In this document: in pieces, positions 12,671-24,819 of the stretch | Position numbering within the stretch: the first letter of the stretch is position 1 | Layout of the letters: each line of letters opens with the position of its first letter | Assembly: GCA_016748015.1 (NCBI GenBank) | Contig: JAAOMT010000515.1 | Span: forward strand, 392,665 to 456,664 | Direction: 5' to 3' | DNA: 64,000 nucleotides | DNA from: Geosiphon pyriformis uo1 | Lineage: Eukaryota > Fungi > Glomeromycota | Made by a program: the position numbers and the translations under genes | Notes under the pieces: model-generated | Database searches by the model: none | What the model saw: only the letters and a program-made list of their open reading frames with translations | Told to the model about the DNA's origin: nothing

Positions 12671-13261
12671 TCATTCGATCCTCCTCTTGAATGACGTGTA
12701 ATCATCCATCCGATCTTGATCGTGTGATAGTCGTTTTCTCTTTGTTCCAAAAATTTTATCATTGGGTATGATTGCTGATGAATTACGGCATATATTTAAA
12801 GTCATTTGGCATCCCATTTCGTCAGAAAGAATACTCCAAAGTGATGGAAGCTGTGGCCAAGAATCATTTTTATTCCTTCGCTGACTATCAATTGGAGCTA
12901 AGGTGTTAGGATTGGCGTATTCGTATGTTGAAAATTGCGGGACATATTTGGCTTGAAATAATGTCTTTGTATCGGTTTGTGACTTTATAAACCATTCTTG
13001 TGGCCGGTAAACCTTTATTGGTGTTCTGAAAATGAATCTATTATCAAATTTTAGCGCCTCTGGATATTCTTCAGGAGAATTTAATACCGAACTTCCATCA
13101 TAAGACTCCAGGAATGAAGGTTCATGAAAATCAGTGATCATGCTTTTGGATCGTTGCACATCTGAAAGGTTTTCTACGGCATCATAGAATATATCCTCTG
13201 ATGAATGGTTAGAATTTGGGGAATTATCATTTGATCGCGTGAATTGAATAGAATGTGACAT
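12671..13261 (-). CDS. Hypothetical Ser-rich, probably disordered protein (~196 aa) with basic C-terminal patch (KRKRL)
   Basis: Long intronless ORF with natural amino-acid composition in an AT-rich background. No family recognised. Confidence 0.6.
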   Translation of the reverse strand: MSHSIQFTRSNDNSPNSNHSSEDIFYDAVENLSDVQRSKSMITDFHEPSFLESYDGSSVLNSPEEYPEALKFDNRFIFRTPIKVYRPQEWFIKSQTDTKTLFQAKYVPQFSTYEYANPNTLAPIDSQRRNKNDSWPQLPSLWSILSDEMGCQMTLNICRNSSAIIPNDKIFGTKRKRLSHDQDRMDDYTSFKRRIE

Positions 13262-14856
13262 TTCAATAGAAAATTTTCGATTTGATTGCAAAAGAAATTC
13301 CTTTGAATCAATTATCTTTTTTGAAATCTTGAAAGAGGAAAAGCAGTCTTGAATTTATAATTTTTTCAAGAATATAATTTTTTTACACAAACAAACGAAT
13401 AGTAGGAGCAAGTGTTTTCTTGTAAGAAATTTGGCTACAATAGTATCACATTGATGAAAATAATGAATTTAAATACCTATTACATAAATTATTTTGATTT
13501 TAACAGGGGAATTCCTTCTTTTCTTTTCTTTTTTATTGTTTCAACAATTAACAATGAGGACAAAAGGAAATTACTTTTTTAAGTCCCAAGAATAAGATTT
13601 CCAAATAAATTATTATTTAAAGTTTCTTTGATATGCAGATAAACTTGTTCAAATTCCTACCGTATAAGGCATCATAAAATATTTAGCTATCTAAACGAAA
13701 AGATTGATTAAAATTAAATTGTCTCAATGAAATTTATTTCGATTCGTAAACTACTATAAAGGTTGTCTCTCGAGTATTGTTTAATTTTTTTTCGCAATAA
13801 AAAAACCCTTATTCTACAAGAATAAAACTTTGTGTGGAGACAATTAAGCCATTTGAAATCAGAGTTTTATCTGAAAATATTTTATTTAATAGATTAGAAG
13901 CATACAAAAAAATTTTCAAAGATTCTAATTTTTATTCATTATTCAGTGTCTCCCACTTTAAATTATCTCGATTTTATCGGAATCATATTTAATGATTAAA
14001 TTTTTTAAAACTTGAATAATTCTTCTAATCACTGCATTTTCTAGAAAATTTCTTGTTCTTAATTATGTTAAAGATTCTTGGACTTGATAAAGTTCTCAAA
14101 AAAAAATAAAGGAGAACAGACATTTTACAATATACTACTTTGATACTAATGATTCGAATTTATTTTGCGGGGATTCATAAATTGATCAATCAATCAATTA
14201 ATCATCCTCCATTTTCAAATTTTTTTTTCTAATATGCCTACTTTATATCACCGAAAATGAATAAATAAAAAATCGAAATCTTTTTAAAAGGATAATATTT
14301 GCAACTTTAGAGGCGGCTTAAAGAAAGTTATAAGTGAAGTTTGTTTGTTTTTTAAGAAAATTTACCGTTTTGGGAGGACATATTTTTAAGGTAGGTATTT
14401 TAGATAAATCATTTAGTTTTGATGATTGTAGTTCATCCACTATTTACATACATGTAAATGTATAAGACTTTAAGTAAGTGCGGGTCATGCGATCGATCAA
14501 CAATGGAGCATTTCTTGTATATATATATATATACATATATATATAATTTAAAAGGTAAAGATATACCTGATAAAAACAAAAGTTCAAAATACGATAAACT
14601 GAATCATATATATTACAATTTACGATTTTAATTTTTTTATAGTTAGAAGAACCCAACTCAGAAGCTCAAGTCAATATGATAGCATGAATATTTATGCCAT
14701 GGTTGAAAAGCAATATAATTGTGAGAGCTTGAGAGCAGATTGATCATGAAGTTGAATTATGCAAAAAATATGCTGGAAAAAATAAGGTTATTTAAATGAA
14801 AGCTATCTATCTTGATTAAACTTTCAAACTGTTTATTTCATTTCAATAACCCAAGA

Positions 14857-15222
14857 ATGTCTCTTCTAAACATAAAAAATCAAATCAAGGGGATTATTTT
14901 TGTTGTCTCTTTTTTCATCAGTATCCTGCTGCAAATCTCTGCCTTTCCAATTACTGAACAATTTCGGTCAAGGGGTCATCATCACCTTTTTCGTCGCTTA
15001 TTACAGAATCGACAGGCCATCATCGATGGTACTCTTGTAATCATAGGAGTCCCACCAAACCCATTTCCATATTTTGCTGAAGAAGAACTTAACTCACAAG
15101 TTCTTGCAGCCGAATCTCATAAATTGCAAGCAGTTCTATTGGATGAAGAGGAAGTAGCTCAAGCTAATACTGATGAAAGTCAAAATATTTTTGCCTTAAA
15201 TAAGAAAATAAAGAATGGCTGA
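14857..15222 (+). CDS. Small secreted protein (121 aa) with signal peptide and possible Kex2 site
   Basis: Hydrophobic IIFVVSFFISILLQISA-FPI signal-like segment, LFRR dibasic site, acidic C-terminal half. Confidence 0.6.
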   Translation: MSLLNIKNQIKGIIFVVSFFISILLQISAFPITEQFRSRGHHHLFRRLLQNRQAIIDGTLVIIGVPPNPFPYFAEEELNSQVLAAESHKLQAVLLDEEEVAQANTDESQNIFALNKKIKNG

Positions 15223-17459
15223 AATCAAACAAGTTAGTCCCAATTGATAACGCTTATTTTATTCAAAAATTAGCTCAATTTTAAAAGATTTTTTTAAAGG
15301 AGTCTTTCAACATGGAAATTTCTATGAAAGTTAATCACAAATTGTGAAATGTTAAATTGAGGTTTGCCTAAGAGTTGTTATCGCATTATGAAATTAATTT
15401 TTTAAATGAAACTTTTATTATCTCATATGACAAAAAAGTTCTCATGATATAACATATTGAATTAAATTGAAAATAACCTATAAAATCATAAAGGGCAACT
15501 TGATCTGAATGCTTTATCCCTACCTTAGAAAGGAATGATTTTAGATTCAATTATTTATCCAGAAATAAATATTTTGGAAGTTCAATACGAATCATAAGAC
15601 TTGCGTTTGGACCTTGGTAATAAAATCCAGGTCCGAAATTTCGATTTTTTTAATAAATGAAATCTCAAGCATTGGATGCTAGTCAAGGGTGAGAACTTAA
15701 AGCAATCCATTTTACGTATATTTTACAGTATATATATTATTGTGAGATCGTAAACTTTTATGAGGAAATAATAAGGGTAACCTTGCATGAGTTTATAATT
15801 ATGGGTGTCCTCGGTTTTATTTGTTAAGTCTTATATTCTTTTCAAGAAACCAATATTATTTGCTATATCCTCTTTTTCGTTGATCTTTCTTAAGTGGATA
15901 AATCGCTTTTAATCAATATTTTTTTTTCACGATCGGTAAAAACAATTAGTATCAAATGGCAAAGTATCTGCTTTCTATGAAACTGAGTTTAGTCTTAAAT
16001 CAAACTTCGCAAAAGGTAGGACAATATCACCAAAAATGACAAGCTTAATCCAGATTGACACAATACTCAAGATTTAATTCTTCCTGTCTTATCATTTTAA
16101 AGTTTTTGAAAGGCTAGAAATCTTTCTGAATTTGGGGTGTAATACAACCAGCACCACTGAGTTACACCAGGCAGGCATGCCGAGTAAAGCAAGATATACA
16201 CAATGACCAATTTTAAATTACTGCGGCAGTCACTAAAGTCCAGTTATTCCCATCAAGCTGTACTGCTACAAGATTTGCAAAAGAAAAAGTTTCGTCAGTG
16301 AGGTACCCACTATTTTGGGAGACCTGTCCATAAACTGGTACTTCTGATTGATATCAAAGAGGAAATGCAAAATGCTCTACTCAGAAAGGTTTCTGGATGT
16401 CAATCTATGCAATCTAATGCTTTTGTCTATGAAATTCGTTGGTAAAACCTGAGGCACAGCCTTAATATTGTCTCAATCCAGTTTTTTATGTTCGCTATTT
16501 ATCACACAGCACCTTTTCTTATATATATTATATCAACAAAATGATCTGTAAACTTGTTGTAAATCTTGTTTTTTTTATTTCTGACCCAATTATATTAGCC
16601 AGCTCAATTTGTAAAAATACAAGGAACTAAATTTATTAAAATTAATAATATAATATATAAATGCATACTAAATTTAAATATTATCAATAATTAATTTTCC
16701 TTATATTATTATTATTATTGAGACACATTATTTATTACCTTTCGATTATACTAATTTTATTTTTTAGAATTGAAATCATTATTGTATCATGTTTAAAATT
16801 GTAATTATAAAATAAATAAGTATTATATTGATGGCAATTTTATTAAAATATTATTTTTAATCTTATTTATAACCAAAATATTATCAATTTTATTTAATAA
16901 ATTTTATATTCATAAAAAATTGAATCAAGCTGATTTTTTGTCTAATTTAGTTTGTAACTTATTTCAAAAATCTTGATTTTAAAGCATTTTTGAAATTATT
17001 TTTAAAAATATTAATAAAATAGAAAAGTACTTATTTATTAAATTTTATAAGTTCAAATAATTTTTTTTAAGTCCTCTGTTATAATAATTAATTTTAAAAA
17101 ATAATTATAAAATTTTATAAAAATTTTAAAGTTTTTTCTTTTCTTTAAATAAAATCTTAGTCTTTAATTAAAATAATCGATGAAAAATATTATATTTGAA
17201 ACAATAGTAATTTTTCAAGTTACTCAAAACATTAGTTTGGTATTTTTTATGAACTTTGAGTTTTTTATTACTGTTATAAAACATGTTTTTTCTTTTTTAA
17301 AATAGGTTTTGGTTTTATTTACTTTTAATATCTTTATCAATTTTAATATGAAAACAAAACAAGTTATATTCTATCCACAAATTTTTATCTGATTAATTAT
17401 AAAATTATTTGACTTAAAAAGCTAAACTAATAACATAAAAATTAAAAAAGTATTTTTGT

Positions 17460-17930
17460 CTTTTAGAAATGCTACTGGCTTTATTCATATCTGAAAAAAA
17501 ATTATTGATTTTTAAATAAAGAATTTTTATTTTGGTGCCTCTTCTAAAATTAAATTGGTTTATATTAAAACTGTATTTTAGCTGTTGTATAATTTTATTT
17601 TTAAACAAACAGTATTAAGTTTTTTTGTGTAAAATACTATTTTAGAAATTTTTAAGCACTGTTATCAAAATTAAAGCTCGCTAATTTTTTCTTTCTTATA
17701 TTATTTAAAATTACGAAATCCGTCATAAGGTTTAGTGTTATTCTTGTTTTTACTGCTGTTGTTTTTTACAATATTTTATAATACATTTTTCAAGAACATT
17801 AAAAATGGTTTTAAATTATTTTGTAAAACTATTATTGTTATTTTTAAATTTAAAAAAACTTTTAAAGCTGTTGCTGTTAAAATTGATATTTTAAAAGAAA
17901 TTGTATTAAATAATCTACTTTTTTTTTGAC
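17460..17930 (+). mobile_element. Heavily mutated relic of the ORF1-only element family at 58268-60548
   Basis: ATTTTGGTGCCT..AAAATTAAATTGGTTTATATTAAAACTGTATTTTAG (~17530-17580) matches ATTTTAGTGCCT..AAGATTAAATTGGCTCATATTAAGGCTATTTTTCAG (~59017-59076). GTTGCTGTTAAAATTGAT (~17870) matches GTAGTTGTCAAGACTGGT (~59680). Confidence 0.6.
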
Positions 17931-20729
17931 TTAAATCAAAGTTTTATTAAGACAAAATTGTCATAAACTGTTTTGTTTTATTATAATCAAGTTAAATAGA
18001 TTTTTTTTTAAAATTTGGTGTAATAATAATTAACTTTGTTAATTATCTAAAAAAAATTTTAAATTATTAATATTTGTTAAAAATAAGTTTTTTAGTATAA
18101 AAAATAAGATTGAAACATTAATCTTAATTAAACTAGCATAAATTTTTTTGTAACATGTTATATTAATAAAATAACTAAATTTTGTGCTAATAGATAAGTA
18201 ATATTGATTTTAAAAAAAAATTGATTATAAATATTTTAATAATATATATAATTAAATATTAACTTTTTAAACTTCAAAAAATAATCCAATTAAGTTTGAA
18301 TAAATAAAATAATTTGAAATAAAAAAGGTGTGAATAAATATATTATTTGTAAAAAAGCAAATAAATTGTTTTTGGTGGTTTTAATTAAAGTAGTTTAACA
18401 TCAATTTAAATAACTATTTATATGTAAGAAATACATGTATAAAAACTATATATATAAATAATAAAAATTTATACTTAGTAAAGCATTAAAAAAATAATTA
18501 ATATTATTTTTTGAAATTTGCAAATTTTGTACAATATTAAATATCTCATTATTAATTAAATAAAAAATAATTTAAAAGCAACTTACTGTTAATAAATTTT
18601 GAATATAACAAGCAACTTAATATTAATAATTTATGAAACTATTTCTTTCTGTAATTTTATGTAATGATAAAAAATCCAAAATCCAAAATAATACAATATT
18701 AATTTTTTACATTTTTTTATAAATTGTAGTAATTTTTATATTGTATGTTTTTTTTTAATTTACAATCATATAAATTATTTAAACATATATTTTTTTTAAA
18801 TTTAAAACTCAAGCTTAATACTGCAGCAATATATATTTATTAAAATAAAGCTGCAAAAATTATTAAATTAAAGAGAAAAACTTTAAAACCTTATTAGAAT
18901 CTTAAAAAATCTAAATAAATTAATATATTAAGACTATAAATCTATAAAATTGAAAATTGAACTGTTATAATATAATTTCAAGTTACAATCATGTAAAAGT
19001 TAAGAATTAAATTGAATGTAATATTATCTTTAATTTCAATTAAGAGTGAATTAGTAAAAAATGTTATTGCTTATCAAAAGATCTTGTTACGACATTAATT
19101 AAAGTTAGAAAAGATTATATACTTGAAAAAAAAATTTATCTTATCTTTATACTGAGTTAGAAGGGGTTGAATACTTTCGTGGCTTATGTTACTTTAAAGA
19201 ATAAAATTTTTTATTTACTTGTGGATTAATAGTGAGCATGCAGGTAATAGATTTTACCAGTTAAAAAAAATATTATACTAAATTCCATAATTATTTCAAT
19301 GACCAAGATGTTTATAAAGATAAAATGATTTCAGATTAACAAGAGAAAAAACCCCACACAAGAATTGGAGAAGAAAGTACGAGCATACGCTCGAAAGACA
19401 GATGTAAGGTATAAAATTTACTTTCCAAAGAAAAAGTCGATCGATGTGTTATAAATTGTTGAAGCGAAAGACTAAATGTGCTTAATTTGTGAAATATTTA
19501 ATAACAGCTGTGTATTATACTGATCAATGTAACTAATAAAGCTTTCGAGAAATTGATATATATAACTCCTCTCAAGAACAATAAACATTGCTTTGTTTAT
19601 CTTATATGAATAGACCCTCTAGAGCCTAAAGGCTACCAGTGAAAATTCTTTACATATCAAAGTTAAGGTTAGATTAACCAATTAATGACTGCTGTTAAAT
19701 TTTATTAACTCTTAATTTTTTGTATAACATTCTTAAAGCTATTGTGGGAATTTCGATGAACGGATTAACATTAATTTGCCCAAAATTCTATCGGTTTTTC
19801 TTTTTTATCCTATTGTCTTCTATACGAAACTGTAGCCACCTTGTGATTTTAAGGGGTTGAAAGGTTGTTTCTGCTAAAACATAACTAGAAATTTGAATTT
19901 TGTTTAATTCATCGAGAAACGTAATTTACTTAGCATGAATTAAAATTTTCTTGAATAATCATCTTTATTGAGAATCATAAGAGGTATTTTATTGTTTATT
20001 AAAACAAGTATCAAATATATCCTCAGATACATTAAGGAGGAATCGTTTGAATTTTTATATTAACTAGAAAAAATTAATTCAGTGATAATCGCCAGCTGTA
20101 AAAGTTTGGGACCCATTAATTTCCCAAATTAAAATTTTAAAAATCAAATTTTGATTTAACACGATCAATCTTAGCTTTTCAAATAAGTTGTCAATTTTTC
20201 TTTGGTTATTTCGGCTTGATGCTTCATGTGTTAGAGTTTTTGTGAAATTTATTTCCTAATTTAAGCTCAGAGAGGGTGTTCTTTGTTCCATTTTACGGTA
20301 AATAATTCATTCGAGTATGTAAATAACAACCCTAAAAAACTTTGAATTTCTAAATAAATCCATTCAAGGCTTTTGTGGAATCTATTAATTTAATTTAAAT
20401 GTATTCCAAATTTCTGCTTTTTCTAACAAAATTCAAATATTTTTACATAGTTGCATACTTTGTAAGGAACAATTTTGTCTTCTGCAGCAAGAATGTCAAA
20501 ACTCCTAAATTTTTTTATGCGTATCAAGATCTCAAGAAAGAAAATTTGAGTTTCAACACTGGTAACTAAATTTCTGGTTTTTCTTTGAAGTTTACAAAAA
20601 ATTCTGTAAAAAAAGCTAGAAGAAATTAAATTGATGAATTGAATAAAAGGATTAATCAAAAAAAGAAAGCGTAGACTTGGAAATATGAATTAGATTTGAA
20701 TTTATAAATTGAAATAAATTTGTATGAAA

Positions 20730-20732
<3 letters not shown>

Positions 20733-20775
<43 letters not shown>
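20733..20775. repeat. (ATT)n microsatellite
   Basis: About 14 units. Confidence 0.9.
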
Positions 20776-21925
20776 GTTCAGTCTAATAGTTCAAACTCTT
20801 TTGAAATATATGGTTTTTATACTCCAAAAAAGCATCATGTTGGGCTTTGGTCATCAGTACATTTAAAAAACTATTTATTAATATGATAATTAAATTTTTA
20901 ATTACAAATTGAAAACTTCGGAGTTATTATCTCATCAAAGTGATATATTAAAATGAATAATATTTTTATTTATCAAAATTTAAATTTGCAATAATTTTGA
21001 AGAAGACAATGAATTGAAGGATATAATTTTTTTAAATTTTGGTTTCTTTTAATCTTTTTGTAACTGCTAATCTTTGGCCATGCGGAATTAATAGATTATA
21101 ATAGTTCCAAGGGAATAAGAGGAGATTTCTGTAATTTCATTTGACCTGATGCAACCCTAAATTCATCATGAATGCGGTAGAACTCCTTTTGAAGCTCTGG
21201 TTTGATTTTTACCTGTTAAAGCGTTTATTAATACTTTGTTACAACTCCTCAATTCAATTGAAACAATATTATTTTAAAAAAGCAATTTTTAAATGATTTA
21301 AAGGTGCGAAGAAGCAAATACAAAATCATACAGGAATCAAAAACGAATCGACACATGATCCCATTTAAGAAATAAATTTATACCGAATATTAGGGTTCAA
21401 ACTAAAGCAGAAATTTTGATGGCATAAGAAAAGGTAACACTGTGATCAAATTTTTATTAATAGTGATTGAAAGTAAAAAGTTCCTTGCCTATATCTTGAA
21501 TAAGTTACTTTATGTAGGTAGTTAATGGGAAGGCGCGCAAACATTATTAAAAACCTGAAACCAAAATGAAAAATTTTTCAGGGATAACTTTGGAAAAAGG
21601 ACAACTCCTTACAAATATATAGACGGGCAAGGGAAATGTAGGATTTATATTAACATGATGAAAAAAAGATTGAGACAAGAAAGAAGAAATATAAATGGTT
21701 GATAGATTTCAGCGAAGAAAAATGGTAGGCATCAGGAAGGCGAGCACTTCTTTTCATAATCTCTGTGTACATAAAAATATTTGAAAAATATAAAAATTAC
21801 ATTTTCAAATTTTAGCTCTTTTGATAAGAGCAAAATATTAAGATTTTCATAAAGAAATTTTACAAATTTTCTTTTTTTATATTAATTTTAAATTTTTTTT
21901 CATAAAGTAATTTTTATCCACAACA

Positions 21926-22454
21926 ATGCCATCTCCACTCAAAGTTCTTATTATCGACGATAACGATATCAACCTACAAATTCTTTCTCGTATCCTCTCG
22001 AAACATTTTTCCCATTTGATTCAAACAACCTTCACTTCAACCAGTGGTATTTTGGCCTTAGACATATTATCTAAAAATGAATTTGATCTCATCTTTTGCG
22101 ATATTGAGATGCCAATGTTAAATGGGGTTGAAACTACAATTGAGATCCGACGAGGTAATAATGGTGAGAATGGGTACAAAATTCTGGAACGAAATCGTAA
22201 TGTGCCTATCATTGCTGTTACGACGAAAGATAAGGAGTGTGATCGAAAAGAGTATGCTAAAGCTGGAATGGTGAGTAAAAAAATTTCATTTCAATTTTTC
22301 TTTAAAATAGTTTTGATATATCAATTTTCCTTGATTCATTTAGGACGCATGCGTAGGAAAACCAATTTGTCTGGACGAATTGAAAACGGCGATTGAATTA
22401 GTGACTGGTGGTATCGTTGATGTCGAAAATCGAGGAGATTTTCTCAGTGACTGA
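21926..22454 (+). CDS. Stand-alone CheY-like response regulator receiver protein (151 aa)
   Basis: Exon 1 21926-22270, intron 22271-22343 (GTGAGT...TTTAG), exon 2 22344-22454 (DACVGKPICLDELKTAIELV...). Acidic pocket IIDDN, phospho-acceptor CDIEMP, AVTT and GKP are all present. Confidence 0.9.
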
Positions 22455-23974
22455 TTTGGGACATCTTCCATTTATAATTTTAATGGTGCAGCCGACAAAA
22501 AAACCTTTCATCATCTTAAGCCTTTTAACGTAATGTAATAAAACTAGAAAATAAAAATATGATCTCAAGCCGAATTTTCTAATCCCCCTAGTTTATTTTT
22601 TCTTTTTATGCGATTTGGGTAACTTTGTTTTTCGATCAATCTAAAGAAATTAACTTCTCGTCACTCTTTTTTATTGAAAACACATTCGAACTCATCAAAT
22701 AAAATACTTTCTTGCCCCATTTTCTTTCGAAAGCACAATTTCAAAGCTAAAGAAAAGACTCTTAAATAGTGGGTGTAAAAGTTGTTACGATACTGGTAAT
22801 TTTGCTTGAAACCAAAATGATCATTAAATTTCAAATTTGCATTAAAAGGAATCAATTATGCACAGGTTTCAGAGGAGGAAATCGAACCAAATAATTTAAA
22901 CAGTTTCAACTTTTGCTTTAGATTTATTTACGTATGATTACGTTATTTATCTTGGAACAAGGCTGCAAACAATTCGAGCCCTATCACAAGTTTAAATGTT
23001 TAAAATTGTATCAGGTATAGTTACAAATAAGAATTTTTGGAATATTATCTTTATAATCAGCCTAATTATAAAAAAGCTTGTTAAAAGAAAAAGGTTGAAT
23101 AAAAGCAGAAAGAAAGAGAAATAGATCGGCTTGAAAAAATTCAAAGGCAGCATGTTACTCAAGAAATTTGCTTTTTTGTTGTTTTCCAATAATGGACATG
23201 CATGAAGAACATGAATGACGGGGAATTCAGTTTGACATGTCACCCAAGTTTTTTTTTGAATTCTATAATACTTACCTGATATGAATATGTCTTTTACCAT
23301 GTGTAAATATCCAATCAATCATAAAACCTAAGGGAATCGCTGCAAAATTACGCTTAATAGTTCTCAAATCTCACATGCATAGTGTTACTTTTACCTTAAA
23401 ATTTCCCCTGGCGAAAAATTTAGATACTGTAAACTTGAATACCACGTGTATTAGAGAGAGATCATACAAGATGTAAATATTCATTATCATAGGCACTGTA
23501 AGCGAAAGCTTTTTTGAAATTTGATCGGTTTCTGAAAGACATTCTGCTATCGATTCTATAATGATTGTATTCATGCCAAATGCTTCGAACCCAAATTCCT
23601 AATTCATTATAAATTGTGAATTCTTGGATTAAGAAAAGAAAGTAATTTTTAAAATTATATAAGAAAAGGATGGAATACTTTGAGTTCAATCTTTATTTAA
23701 GATTAATATATCGATAATGATAAAAATAAATTATCATATGGCTATTTATTTATACACACAATTGTGGTCTCGGTGCTTCAAAACTTTTTTAAAAAATAAA
23801 TGAAAATGTTTTTGGTTATGCTAAAATTTACTTTACAAAACTAGAAAGGTTTGAAAAATGTCAGTTATTGGAGAAAAGTATCTATTTACAAATTTAGTAT
23901 TTCGAATAATAATATTTTTTCAATCCATTTTACTCCCCAAAAAACTCCAGTTCAATTTTTGTATCACCCTCGAA

Positions 23975-24819
23975 CTATGTATACAATTTAACTTCTCTTT
24001 TCATCGACGAAGCTCGTTTAACAAAAATTCCAATACTGATTTCTTGTAAAATAAAATGTGCGACATCAGCTCTTGAAATTTCTTTCGATGAAATTTCATC
24101 CACGCTTAAAAAGTATCTTTTGGTCAATTTTCCATTACTCAAACTTCCTACATGTATTATTGTCCAATCTAGATAATCTGAGTTATCTCTAATTAATTTC
24201 TCTTGAAGTTCTTTATCCTTATGAACTTTACTAGCTAACAATCTTGTGATAAAACCATCAACTCTTCGAATACCGTGACATCGAACGATAATTAATCGTT
24301 TCACTCCCAGCTTCAACATACTATCATTAATCAAACCCTGAGATCGAGAATTTAGATCAGTGTTTCGGGTCCATAATTTTCGTGGCGACAAACAATTTAT
24401 TACTACATCTTTATCTTCAATAACTTTATCCAAATCGGTGGGGGATAGGACAGAGCCGACGAATATAACCAGGTTTGGGTTTCGGAGTTCTTGACGGGTG
24501 AATGGAAGTTTATAATCATTTCGTACTAATGCAGTGACATGATATGAAGATTCAAGGGCTTGTCGAACGACATGGCTCCCTAGGCGACCACTTGCTCCTA
24601 GAACTAAAAAAAATGGTGCGAAAAAAATGTTTTGAGTGGAAGATTTATAAAAATCAAAAGTTTTTAAAAAACAGTAGAAAGAAATATCAAACTCTCACCA
24701 AGAATATGCTGACCACGCATTATATTAGGCAAATATTCTTCAACCCTTGAAAATCTTAATGGATTAAATGGCTCCAAGCATAGAGCTTGCGGTGAAAAAC
24801 ATCTAAACATATCAATCAT
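23975..24819 (-). CDS. NAD(P)-binding Rossmann protein, flavin reductase/BLVRB-like (copy B, paralogue of 5259-6113)
   Basis: Exon 1 starts at 24819 (MIDMFRC...MRGQHIL), with a phase-1 intron at the same position as copy A. Exon 2 reads VLGASGRLGSHVVRQALESSYHVTALVRND... and is collinear with copy A. Confidence 0.85.
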
